Below, piece after piece: positions 18,478 through 27,093 of a stretch of DNA of 64,000 nucleotides. The DNA comes from Calditrichota bacterium. Lineage in GTDB: Bacteria > Electryoneota > B3-LCP. Both the position numbers and the translations under genes were made by a program. The notes below the pieces were generated by a model. The model did no database searches. It was not told where the DNA came from and worked only from the letters and a program-made list of their open reading frames with translations. Location: NCBI GenBank assembly GCA_020051775.1, contig JAGVQJ010000153.1, forward strand, positions 4,115-68,114, read 5' to 3'. Within the stretch, counting starts at the first letter, position 1. The number at the start of each line of letters is the position of its first letter.

Positions 18478-20717
18478 AACCCAATCCCCCCGTCACCTTA
18501 AGCCTCGCCCAACAGCATGGATTGTCGGAAGAGGAATACAATCGCATCTTAGCGATTTTAGGCCGTGTACCGACCTACCCCGAACTGGGTGTATTCTCCG
18601 TCATGTGGTCGGAACACTGCTGCTACAAGAACAGCATCGCCCACCTGAAAACCCTGCCGCGCAAAGGCCCCCGTACTCTGGTCGAGGCGGGCGAAGAGAA
18701 CGCCGGCCTGGTGGACATCGGGCACGGTCTGGCAGTAGCCTTCAAGATCGAATCGCACAATCACCCCTGCGCTGTGGAACCGTACCAGGGCGCGGCCACA
18801 GGGGTGGGCGGCATCATGCGGGACATCTTCACTATGGGCGCGCGTCCCATCGCCAGCCTGGACAGCTTGCACTTCGGCCCGTTGGATAACGCTCGCAACC
18901 GCTTTCTCATGGACGGCGTGGTGCGCGGCGTGGGTGATTACGGCAACTGCCTGGGCATTCCCACAGTAGCAGGGGAAACCATCTTTCACGACGGCTACAG
19001 CACCAATCCCATCGTCAACTGCATGGCCGTGGGAGTCGTCAAGAAAGACCGCATCGCTTCGGCTACGGCGGAGGGTGAAGGCAATACCGTCATCATCTAT
19101 GGATCGCGCACCGGCCGCGACGGCATTCACGGCGCCACCTTTGCCTCCGAGGAGATCAGTGAAGAGAGTGAGGCCAAGCGATCTTCAGTGCAGGTAGGCG
19201 ATCCTTTCGCGGAGAAGCTATTGTTGGAAGCCACCCTGGAACTGGTCAAGTCAGGTGTATTAGTGGGTGTGCAAGACATGGGTGCGGCGGGAATAACCTG
19301 TTCGTCGGCGGAGATGGCCGCGAGAGGCAAATCCGGTATTAGCATTAACTTGGATAATGTGCCTCTTCGCGAAAAGCACATGTCAGCCTATGAGATTCTA
19401 CTGTCGGAATCCCAGGAGCGAATGCTGGCTGTGGTTTACCAAGGCCGCATAGAGGAGGCTGAAGCCATCTTGGATCGCTGGGAAATTCTGCACGAGCGGA
19501 TCGGTTCGGTGACTAACGACGGCAAAATGCGTGTTTCTTTCCAGGGTAGTGAGGTTTGCGACATTCCCGCCTGGGAACTGGCTCTGGGCGGTGGCGCACC
19601 GGTTTATCATCGTGAAGCTCGCCGTCCCGCTATCCTGGATGAATATAATGATGCCGACCTAACTCCGTATCGGCTGGATCGCAACTGGAACGTGGCGCTG
19701 TCTCAATTGCTGGCCTCGCCTAATATCTGCGACAAGGGATTCATCACAGGTCAGTATGACTCCACCGTGCGCACCAATACGGTTCTGGGGCCCGGAGGCG
19801 ATGCGGCTCTCTTGTGGATTAAAGAAACCACTCTCGGTTTGGCCATGACCACCGACTGCAATCCGCGATTCGTATACCTGAACCCGCGACGGGGTACGGC
19901 TTTGGCAGTGGCCGAAGCCGCTCGCAACGTATCCTGCACCGGCGCAGAACCGATTGCCATCACCAATTGCCTGAACTTCGGCAATCCTTACAAACCTGAA
20001 TCCTTCTACTTCTTCCAGGAAGCTGTCGCGGGGATGGGCGAAGCTTGCCGCATATTGGGCACTCCGGTGACCGGCGGCAACGTATCATTCTATAACGAAA
20101 GTGAAGAAACCAGCATCCTCCCCACGCCGGTCATCGGTATGATCGGCCTGATGGAGGATGTTGATCACGCAGTGCGGTCGCATTTCCAGAAGGAAGGTGA
20201 CGTCGTCATTCTGTTGGGCAAGACCAAAGCCGACCTGGGCGGGTCCGAATATCTCTGGCATCTCTACGATGTCTTAGCCGGGGACGCCCCGGAATTGGAT
20301 TTAGAGTTGGAGAAACGCACTCAGTTCGTATTACGGAAAGCCATCAATTCCGGCTGGGTTAGGTCGGCTCATGACTGCTCTGAAGGCGGTCTAGCAGTCG
20401 CGCTGGCGGAATGTTGTCTGTTGGACCCTGAACATCCTATCGGGAGCAAGATAAATATCAAACCTGGCAACTTAACCGTGGCAGACCTCCTATTTGCCGA
20501 GAGTGCCTCACGAATCATTATTTCTTGCCCTGCTGAATTGAAAGATGAGATTCTTAATCTCGCGGAATTTATGGAGGTGCCAGCAGAAATCATCGGAGAA
20601 GTCGGCGGTGACCGTCTGGTAATCGCTGATTGGATTGACCTATCTGTGAATGAACTGATTCATATATATTATCAGGCTCTACCGAATTATTTCCATAATA
20701 TTGCCATAGCGCAGTAG
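18474..20717 (+). CDS. purL: Phosphoribosylformylglycinamidine synthase subunit PurL
   Basis: The N-terminus [38 protein letters not shown] is the PurL signature. The protein is 747 aa, with AIR-synthase-like tandem domains. Confidence 0.9.
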   Translation: MKPNPPVTLSLAQQHGLSEEEYNRILAILGRVPTYPELGVFSVMWSEHCCYKNSIAHLKTLPRKGPRTLVEAGEENAGLVDIGHGLAVAFKIESHNHPCAVEPYQGAATGVGGIMRDIFTMGARPIASLDSLHFGPLDNARNRFLMDGVVRGVGDYGNCLGIPTVAGETIFHDGYSTNPIVNCMAVGVVKKDRIASATAEGEGNTVIIYGSRTGRDGIHGATFASEEISEESEAKRSSVQVGDPFAEKLLLEATLELVKSGVLVGVQDMGAAGITCSSAEMAARGKSGISINLDNVPLREKHMSAYEILLSESQERMLAVVYQGRIEEAEAILDRWEILHERIGSVTNDGKMRVSFQGSEVCDIPAWELALGGGAPVYHREARRPAILDEYNDADLTPYRLDRNWNVALSQLLASPNICDKGFITGQYDSTVRTNTVLGPGGDAALLWIKETTLGLAMTTDCNPRFVYLNPRRGTALAVAEAARNVSCTGAEPIAITNCLNFGNPYKPESFYFFQEAVAGMGEACRILGTPVTGGNVSFYNESEETSILPTPVIGMIGLMEDVDHAVRSHFQKEGDVVILLGKTKADLGGSEYLWHLYDVLAGDAPELDLELEKRTQFVLRKAINSGWVRSAHDCSEGGLAVALAECCLLDPEHPIGSKINIKPGNLTVADLLFAESASRIIISCPAELKDEILNLAEFMEVPAEIIGEVGGDRLVIADWIDLSVNELIHIYYQALPNYFHNIAIAQ

Positions 20718-20850
20718 ATTATCGTTAAAATTCTACTTGATTTAGGGCTAAATTCTGATTATTATTTCTTTAATGAATGGTGGAGAACGGCATCCCCCGG
20801 GCAAGGAACTAAAATTATAACTGATCCGCGCGGCGGATAGGAGGAAAGTA

Positions 20851-21831
20851 ATGCGTGTACTCATGACGCTTTTAACATGTCTGGCCATGATGACTCTGAT
20901 TTCGAATGCGCAGGTGCTTTATGAAGAGCACTTCACCGGCGGGGTGACCAACTTGGCTTGGCAGGCGGCCTTTGTTGATTCTACGGGAATCGGCAATAAT
21001 ATGCAGGTCGAATTGGATCCGACCTCACCGGGTGGCGGTGACCTGTTCGTGGGAAAACTGGGTAATGACCTATCCGGCGGGAATGTGGGTTTGACCTATG
21101 CGGGAGACAGCTTGTTGACCGATTACACATTAACAGCTTGGGTGTTTGCTACCGTTTCAGCCGGTACAGGTCCTTATAATTCCCTGGTGTTCAGATACAC
21201 TTCCATTTTTACTTATTATCAATTGGACACTGACTTCGACTCCAGCCAGCGTTTGCGTTTCCGCAATAGAAACGGAGACCTGCCGCTTGTCATCCGCGAT
21301 TGGACTGCCGCAGAAATTCCCGGTGGTATTCCGACGACTTCAAGCTGGCACAAAATGACCATCCGTATGGTGGGAAATCAGTTCTGGCTTTACTGGGACG
21401 ATGTCATCCTGCCCGGATGCCCCTACACCGACGACACTCATACACGCGGATACTTTGGCGCATACATTTTTAATATGTTGAGCACTACTTCCGTCACCAA
21501 AGTTGAAGACGTAGTCGTCAGTTCCTCGGAATCAGCAGCGCCGCCGACGATCACCATCCTGCCCACCAATGCAGGATTACTGGCCGCGTATCCTAATCCC
21601 TTCAATCCTTCCACGAATCTCACCTTCACGCTGGATCGTTCTGCAGCCGTCAAGCTGTCTATTTTCGACGCTCAAGGCCGTCCGATATCCACCTTGATCA
21701 ACGGACAGATCCTGCAGAGCGGACAGCATACTATGCCGTGGAATGCCGGCAATCTGCCTGCGGGTGTCTATCTAACCCGATTAGAAGCCGGAAACCAATC
21801 GGTTTCCCAGCGAGTTGTTCTGGTGAAGTGA
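20851..21831 (+). CDS. Secreted jelly-roll (LamG / DUF1080-like) protein with T9SS CTD
   Basis: A signal peptide is present. The CTD reads YPNPFNPSTNLTFTL...IFDAQGRPI...AGVYLTRLEAG...VVLVK. Upstream are a TTGATT, 17-nt, TATTAT promoter and an AGGAGG ribosome-binding site. Confidence 0.7.
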   Translation: MRVLMTLLTCLAMMTLISNAQVLYEEHFTGGVTNLAWQAAFVDSTGIGNNMQVELDPTSPGGGDLFVGKLGNDLSGGNVGLTYAGDSLLTDYTLTAWVFATVSAGTGPYNSLVFRYTSIFTYYQLDTDFDSSQRLRFRNRNGDLPLVIRDWTAAEIPGGIPTTSSWHKMTIRMVGNQFWLYWDDVILPGCPYTDDTHTRGYFGAYIFNMLSTTSVTKVEDVVVSSSESAAPPTITILPTNAGLLAAYPNPFNPSTNLTFTLDRSAAVKLSIFDAQGRPISTLINGQILQSGQHTMPWNAGNLPAGVYLTRLEAGNQSVSQRVVLVK

Positions 21832-21856
21832 TTGCGCTTGGCTTGAAAACAAACAG

Positions 21857-21890
21857 AAAAGCCGATCCACGCCTGTGGGTCGGCTTTTTA
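21857..21890 (+). terminator. Rho-independent terminator
   Basis: The stem aaaagccgatccac pairs with tgggtcggctttt across the loop gcctg, and a T-run follows. Confidence 0.6.
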
Positions 21891-21945
21891 ATTTAATAAT
21901 CTGAAGCGCTGAAAGAATCGGCGCCATTATCTGTACGGCAAGCGG

Positions 21946-22275
21946 CTATTGCTTTCCATAGCCTATAAATCCATCATCCCCGCCGCAGTAACGCGGTGGG
22001 TTGCCGTTTTCGGGTAGTTCTCCAGGTATCAGCACAGGACCTTTAAGGATATTTTGCCAGAAACTCGTCCAAAACCACTGGAACGGACTGGAGTAGGTCC
22101 AGGAATCAACTACCGTAAACCACCACTGCATAGGGGTAGTTTGGTCGTCATTTACAGCAACGTATTGCGGTATTCCGTTTTCTCTGGCCTGCACAGGCGT
22201 GTTCAAGGCTAATAGAATTAGACCGACCAGTAAGCACGCCGAAGCGGCGAGTTTAATCATGAGTATTGTTTTCAT
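21946..22275 (-). CDS. Small secreted Trp-rich protein
   Basis: 109 aa with a clear signal peptide (MKTILMIKLAASACLLVGLILLALNTPVQA). The mature part is W-rich (QWWFTVVDSWTYSSPFQWFWTSFWQN). Its start overlaps the stop of the upstream regulator gene (ATGA). Confidence 0.45.
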   Translation of the reverse strand: MKTILMIKLAASACLLVGLILLALNTPVQARENGIPQYVAVNDDQTTPMQWWFTVVDSWTYSSPFQWFWTSFWQNILKGPVLIPGELPENGNPPRYCGGDDGFIGYGKQ

Positions 22276-23285
22276 GACTGTTTCCCCTCACTTATGGAGT
22301 CGGTCTGGCGATCAGCCATACCGAAGTAGAAAGCGAATAAATTATCGGCTGAATCGGGAGCATTTTGGTGTGCGGATTCGGCTTCGCGCGCCAGGAAAGC
22401 GCTAACTTCCCGGAAAACGCATCCGGCGCTGGTGGGATTCAAATGATACCAGTGCGTCCGAGCCATAGAAGGCGAGTCTGGATCTTGAAATCTGCTGTGG
22501 ATGACATCCAACATGGCTTGAGATACTTCGGTGGGTACGTTGCCATTGGGAACCGGCGCGGAACCCAAGTAGAAATGGTAAGGTTTAGTGACCCTATCCT
22601 GATGCTTGCATTCCATCTCATAAGCATCGCCTGTACCGACCAGATACTCTTGAAGAGCGCGTTGTAAACCTTCCGCCTGGGATAATCCCATCCGATAGAC
22701 CCTTAATACGGGTTCACCGATAGTGTGCTTAAAAGCATCCACGTGGCTGAGCAAACCGGAGAGCCGAGCGCTGACGTCAGTGGGATCAAACAGGGTAACG
22801 TGGCTGTCTACGGTCTGGTAAAGGGTTCTGCCTTCAGCGTACTCCGAGGTAATGCTGCCTTTCTGTTCCAGATCCTTCAGCATGGCCTTAAGCGACCGCT
22901 TCTGGAGGTCGTAAGGCGCGTGGATCAGGTAGGAAATTTCGGCCAGAATTTGTTGGAAGGTTTGAGGCTTTTCGGTCAGCAGGGTCAGAATTTCCCTGTG
23001 GAGCTGGCGGACTTTCACAAAGCTGGTGGTGACTTTGTTCAAATCATCCAGCTCTTTCAAACTGTACTGCACGTTGCGCAGCGATATGCCGAGATCGGAT
23101 ACGACCGCCATCTGGGCCGCTGAGGCGGGTTTCTCATCGTATTGTCGCCGGCAAACGTCCACCATGGCCAACTTCAGCAAGTTCTTCATGGTGGCAATAT
23201 CGCGATACCCTTTTTCCAGGGCATAAGAGCAGATGCTCTGGAAAAGCCCATAAAACAATTGGTCTTCGCTGTCTCGCACCTGCAT
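22272..23285 (-). CDS. Putative transcriptional regulator with two winged-HTH-like segments and an unknown C-terminal domain
   Basis: 337 aa. HTH-like segments are AAQMAVVSDLGISLRNVQYSLKEL and QTFQQILAEISYL...LKDLEQKGSI. It is divergent from pduL, with palindromic sites in the shared upstream region. Confidence 0.45.
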   Translation of the reverse strand: MQVRDSEDQLFYGLFQSICSYALEKGYRDIATMKNLLKLAMVDVCRRQYDEKPASAAQMAVVSDLGISLRNVQYSLKELDDLNKVTTSFVKVRQLHREILTLLTEKPQTFQQILAEISYLIHAPYDLQKRSLKAMLKDLEQKGSITSEYAEGRTLYQTVDSHVTLFDPTDVSARLSGLLSHVDAFKHTIGEPVLRVYRMGLSQAEGLQRALQEYLVGTGDAYEMECKHQDRVTKPYHFYLGSAPVPNGNVPTEVSQAMLDVIHSRFQDPDSPSMARTHWYHLNPTSAGCVFREVSAFLAREAESAHQNAPDSADNLFAFYFGMADRQTDSISEGKQS

Positions 23286-23383
23286 GGCAACCTCCTACCC
23301 ATGTCATTCAAGAAATCCCGTGGATTTCCACTTCGGTGTCGTTCTTGCAGCTAAAATATACTATAGAAAAACCGTAAAATCAA

Positions 23384-23399
23384 GTGCAATTTTTTGCAC
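23384..23399. promoter_or_regulatory. Palindromic operator-like site GTGCAA-N4-TTGCAC (copy 1)
   Basis: The half-sites are perfectly inverted around a TTTT spacer and are preceded by an A-rich tract. It sits 99 bp upstream of the regulator start at 23285. Confidence 0.4.
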
Positions 23400-23492
23400 C
23401 CCAAGGGTTTCTCCGGGTTTTCACTTCCCCAGAAATTTTCTCAGGCTGAGTCTTTCCGTCTATAATATAATAAGAAAAAAGGCGAAAATCAT

Positions 23493-23508
23493 GTGCAATT
23501 TTTTGCAC
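23493..23508. promoter_or_regulatory. Palindromic operator-like site GTGCAA-N4-TTGCAC (copy 2)
   Basis: Identical 16-mer with 27 of 28 nt of extended flank identity (aaaatca[a/t]gtgcaattttttgcacc), 109 bp from copy 1. Confidence 0.4.
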
Positions 23509-23757
23509 CAACCCTTATTTTTGGGGGTTGCTTCAAGATGTAATATAATCAATTTGATTGAAAAAAGCAAGGATTATTTAACTAACATCGAACATATTTG
23601 ACAATTGGTAATTCAGGAATTCTATCACCCACTGCGGAAGAAGCAGCCTTCTGGGAATTGATACGTAACAAATCCTTGAGGCAAGAGTTGATCCATCCGC
23701 TCGCGCCCTGATTTAGCTTGACATTCCCCGTTTTTCAAGCTATCTTAATTCCATTCA

Positions 23758-24582
23758 TTGCGCCAGTCGGCTTCAAGTGGAAAGTATAAGAAAAAATTTA
23801 CTGTGAAGAAACCGATCCCCGTGGGGGTGTCCCCGCGCCACACGCACCTTTCCAAGGACGATTTTCACCGCTTGTTCGGGCCGGACGCCGTGCTCTCCCG
23901 CGTGCGTGACCTGACTCAGGGCGGTCAGTTCGCCAGCGAACAGTTGGTCACCCTGGCCACTCCGCTTAGCCGCATTGAAAACGTGCGCGTGTTGGGGCCG
24001 TTCCGGTCGGCCACGCAAGTGGAATTGGCAAAATCCGAAGCGGTGCGATTGGGATTGAATCCTCCGGTGCGCGATTCCGGTGACCACGACGGTACTCCGG
24101 GATTGACCATCATCGGTCCGGCGGGGCGCGTCGAGATCAACCAAGGGGTCATTTTGGCGCAGCGGCACGTCCACATGACGCCCGCCGATGCTCGCGAATA
24201 CCAGGTCGTGGATAAGGAGATCGTGTTCATGGCGCTGTCGCCCAAGGGCACTTCACCGGCTCGATCTGCTCCGCGTACTGTAATTTTCGGAGACGTTTTG
24301 ATTCGCGTGCAGGAGAGCTTCCAATTGGATTTCCACCTGGACACGGACGAAGCCAACGCCTGCGGAGCGGTCACCGGCGATCCGGCGGTGCTCTTCCGCC
24401 TGGGCAGCGTGCCGCTGGAAAACAACCGCACGTATTACCCTAAGAAGCGCCTCTACACCGAGCATGACGTACTCAAAGCCTCCCGGGAAGGCAGCCTTAT
24501 TCTGGTGGAAAAAGGAACGATTCTAACGCCTTCCGCCAAGGACCTCGGGCGGGAAAAAGGAGTGTTTGAGTTTAAATTATGA
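23758..24582 (+). CDS. pduL: Phosphate propanoyltransferase / phosphotransacylase of the PduL family
   Basis: Two PduL-type repeats are present: PVGVSPRHTHLSKDDFHRLFG and AQRHVHMTPADAREYQVVD. A TTGACA, 17-nt, TATCTT promoter-like site lies at 23718-23746. Confidence 0.75.
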   Translation: MRQSASSGKYKKKFTVKKPIPVGVSPRHTHLSKDDFHRLFGPDAVLSRVRDLTQGGQFASEQLVTLATPLSRIENVRVLGPFRSATQVELAKSEAVRLGLNPPVRDSGDHDGTPGLTIIGPAGRVEINQGVILAQRHVHMTPADAREYQVVDKEIVFMALSPKGTSPARSAPRTVIFGDVLIRVQESFQLDFHLDTDEANACGAVTGDPAVLFRLGSVPLENNRTYYPKKRLYTEHDVLKASREGSLILVEKGTILTPSAKDLGREKGVFEFKL

Positions 24583-24832
24583 ATGATGAGTTATGAATAA
24601 GAATAACAATTGGTTAGATAACATTATTGTGGATGCATTGGATTATTACAAGTTTCACGGAATTTAACATTGTCTGAATCGCCGATTGTTGCATTAACTG
24701 TCGTGGTCGGGGGTGACCCCAATTACGGATTCAGCTAGTAGTTTAGACAACAATCTGCCGTCCTACAATTGGATTCCCGCGTTCGCGGAAATGACACTAG
24801 CCCAAGAGCCAAAAGCAAAGAGCCGTGATCCC

Positions 24833-25159
24833 ATGACCGACCAAGCCCAACGCGTAATCAAAAAAATCACCAACCGCATCGTGCGCAAGTTCCACCCGGA
24901 TAAGATCATCCTGTTCGGTTCTTATGCACGCGGGGAGGTCACCCGCGATAGCGATATTGATCTCCTGGTGATCATGGCCATCGAAGGATCAAATCGCCAA
25001 AAAATGGTGCAAATATACGATGAAATTGGCGCTGTTGGCATCCCTAAGGACGTCCTTGTTTATACGCCAGCCCAAGTTCGTAAATATGGGAATGTAGCTG
25101 GAACAACTCTTAAGGCAGCCTTAAGAGAAGGCGTAATCGTCTATGAAAAAAAATCCTAA
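24833..25159 (+). CDS. MNT-type nucleotidyltransferase antitoxin (type II/VII TA)
   Basis: Canonical motif ILFGSYARGEVTRDSDIDLLV. The size from the internal ATG is about 108 aa, and 17 nt overlap the downstream HEPN gene. The ORF track starts earlier, at 24713. Confidence 0.7.
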   Translation: MTDQAQRVIKKITNRIVRKFHPDKIILFGSYARGEVTRDSDIDLLVIMAIEGSNRQKMVQIYDEIGAVGIPKDVLVYTPAQVRKYGNVAGTTLKAALREGVIVYEKKS

Positions 25160-25556
25160 CCACGATATTGCACGCGAGTGGGTAATGTTAGCCTTGGCAG
25201 ACTTTGCCAATGCCGATAATATCTTTCGCTTGGAATTAGATCCCACGTATACGACCATCTGTTTCCATGCACAGCAATGTGTTGAAAAGTTCATTAAAGC
25301 AGCACTCGTCTTCCATGATATTGATTTTCCAAAAACACATGATATCACTGAACTGATAGAGCTTTTAAAACCCAGCTTGAATCTGAAACGGACTATTCCC
25401 AATGCCGGGCAACTGACTCAATTCGCCGTCACTACAAGATATCCCGGCTCCTGGGGTGAAATCACCAGAGAAGAAGTCGAGGCGGCTTTGCGCACAGCTG
25501 ACAAAATTGCCCACAAATTAACGCTTTACTTTCAGGAAAACGGACTAATAACTTAA
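25143..25556 (+). CDS. HEPN domain toxin partner of the MNT
   Basis: 137 aa, all-helical. The HEPN-like pattern is ...AQQCVEKFIKAAL...THDITELIELL...TTRYPG... Confidence 0.6.
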   Translation: MKKNPNHDIAREWVMLALADFANADNIFRLELDPTYTTICFHAQQCVEKFIKAALVFHDIDFPKTHDITELIELLKPSLNLKRTIPNAGQLTQFAVTTRYPGSWGEITREEVEAALRTADKIAHKLTLYFQENGLIT

Positions 25557-25562
25557 AGAACT

Positions 25563-26879
25563 ATGCCCGAAGCTACTATGGACAAAATCGTCGCGCTGGC
25601 CAAGCGGCGCGGCTTTGTGTTTCCCTCCTCCGAAATATACGGTGGCCTGAATTCCTGCTGGGACTACGGCCCCTTCGGCGTCGAACTGAAGAAGAACATT
25701 CAGGAATTCTGGTGGCGATCCATGACCCTGCGGCCTGATGTGGTCGGCCTGGACGCCAGTATCCTGATGCACCCCAAGGTCTGGGAAGCATCCGGACACG
25801 TAGAGAACTTCACCGATCCACTGGTGGACTGCCGGCAGTGCAAGGCGCGCTTCCGGGAAGACGAGATCCCGCCGGAGAAAATGGCAAAACGCCAATGCCC
25901 CAACTGCGGCAACAAGGACACCCTGACCGAAGCCCGCCGCTTCAATCTGATGTTCAAGACTTTCATGGGGCCGGTGGAAGAAGACGCCTCGGTTGTGTAT
26001 CTACGTCCGGAAACCGCGCAGGGGATATACGTCAATTACCTGAACGTGCAGACCACCACCCGGTTGAAAGTCCCCTTCGGCATTGCGCAGGTGGGCAAGG
26101 CTTTTCGCAACGAGATTACTCCCGGCAACTTCATCTTTCGCACGCGGGAATTCGAGCAGATGGAGATGCAGTTCTTCGTCAAACCGGGCGAGGATGGGAA
26201 GTGGTTCGAGTACTGGCGCAACCAGCGCATGGAGTACTACCAGAAACTGGGCATCCGACCGGAGAAACTGCGCTTTCATCCTCATGAGAAGGACGAGCTG
26301 GCGCACTACGCCAAGGAAGCCTGCGACGTGCAGTACGAATTCCCCTTCGGTTGGCAGGAACTGGAAGGGATCCACAACCGCACGGATTTCGACTTGAAGC
26401 GTCACCAGGAATATTCGGGGAAATCCCTGCTTTACTTCGATGACGCTACAAATGAGAAGTATCTGCCCTTTATCATCGAGACGTCGGCGGGCTTGAATCG
26501 CACGATGCTGACAGTCCTGGTGGACGCCTACTGGGAAGATACGGCGCATGAGCGCGTAGTACTTAAACTGCATCCCCGACTGGCCCCGATAAAAGCGGTG
26601 ATTTGTCCGCTCGTAAAAAAAGACGGGCTGGCAGAAATCGCCGAGAAGATCACCGAAGACCTCCGCTGGCATTTCCCCGTGCTGTACGATCAGCAGGGCG
26701 GCATTGGCAAGCGCTATTACCGCCAGGATGAGATCGGCACTCCCTACGGTATCACTGTAGACTACCAGACGAAGGAAGATCAGACAGTCACTCTGCGCGA
26801 TCGCGACACTTTGGATCAAATTCGTCTACCCTATACCGCACTGGCTCAAGAGATCGAAAAACGGCTGCGATCAGCCTGA
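25563..26879 (+). CDS. glyQS: Glycine--tRNA ligase (class II, alpha2 type)
   Basis: There is strong similarity to Thermus-type GlyRS: KRRGFVFPSSEIYGGLNSCWDYGP, YLRPETAQGIYVNY, GKAFRNEITPGNFIFRTREFEQME and SAGLNRTMLTVL. Confidence 0.9.
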   Translation: MPEATMDKIVALAKRRGFVFPSSEIYGGLNSCWDYGPFGVELKKNIQEFWWRSMTLRPDVVGLDASILMHPKVWEASGHVENFTDPLVDCRQCKARFREDEIPPEKMAKRQCPNCGNKDTLTEARRFNLMFKTFMGPVEEDASVVYLRPETAQGIYVNYLNVQTTTRLKVPFGIAQVGKAFRNEITPGNFIFRTREFEQMEMQFFVKPGEDGKWFEYWRNQRMEYYQKLGIRPEKLRFHPHEKDELAHYAKEACDVQYEFPFGWQELEGIHNRTDFDLKRHQEYSGKSLLYFDDATNEKYLPFIIETSAGLNRTMLTVLVDAYWEDTAHERVVLKLHPRLAPIKAVICPLVKKDGLAEIAEKITEDLRWHFPVLYDQQGGIGKRYYRQDEIGTPYGITVDYQTKEDQTVTLRDRDTLDQIRLPYTALAQEIEKRLRSA

Positions 26880-26889
26880 TATAATATAT

Positions 26890-26917
26890 AAAGCGCTATT
26901 ATCAAGCGCTTTTTTTA
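26890..26917 (+). terminator. Rho-independent terminator
   Basis: The stem aagcgct pairs with agcgctt across the loop attatca, followed by TTTTTTT. Confidence 0.65.
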
Positions 26918-27093
26918 TAATCAGTGATCTCTATCAACCAAACTGGCTTACTTCTCGCATATTTTATGATAATCGGGGCTCAAACCGCAGAAGAATGCAA
27001 ATAAATGCACAAGGATGAAAAAATATCGCCGTTGTTCCCAGGTCATATCTCAAAATGAACTGGATTGATATTTTCCATAACCAAGAGGTCAAA

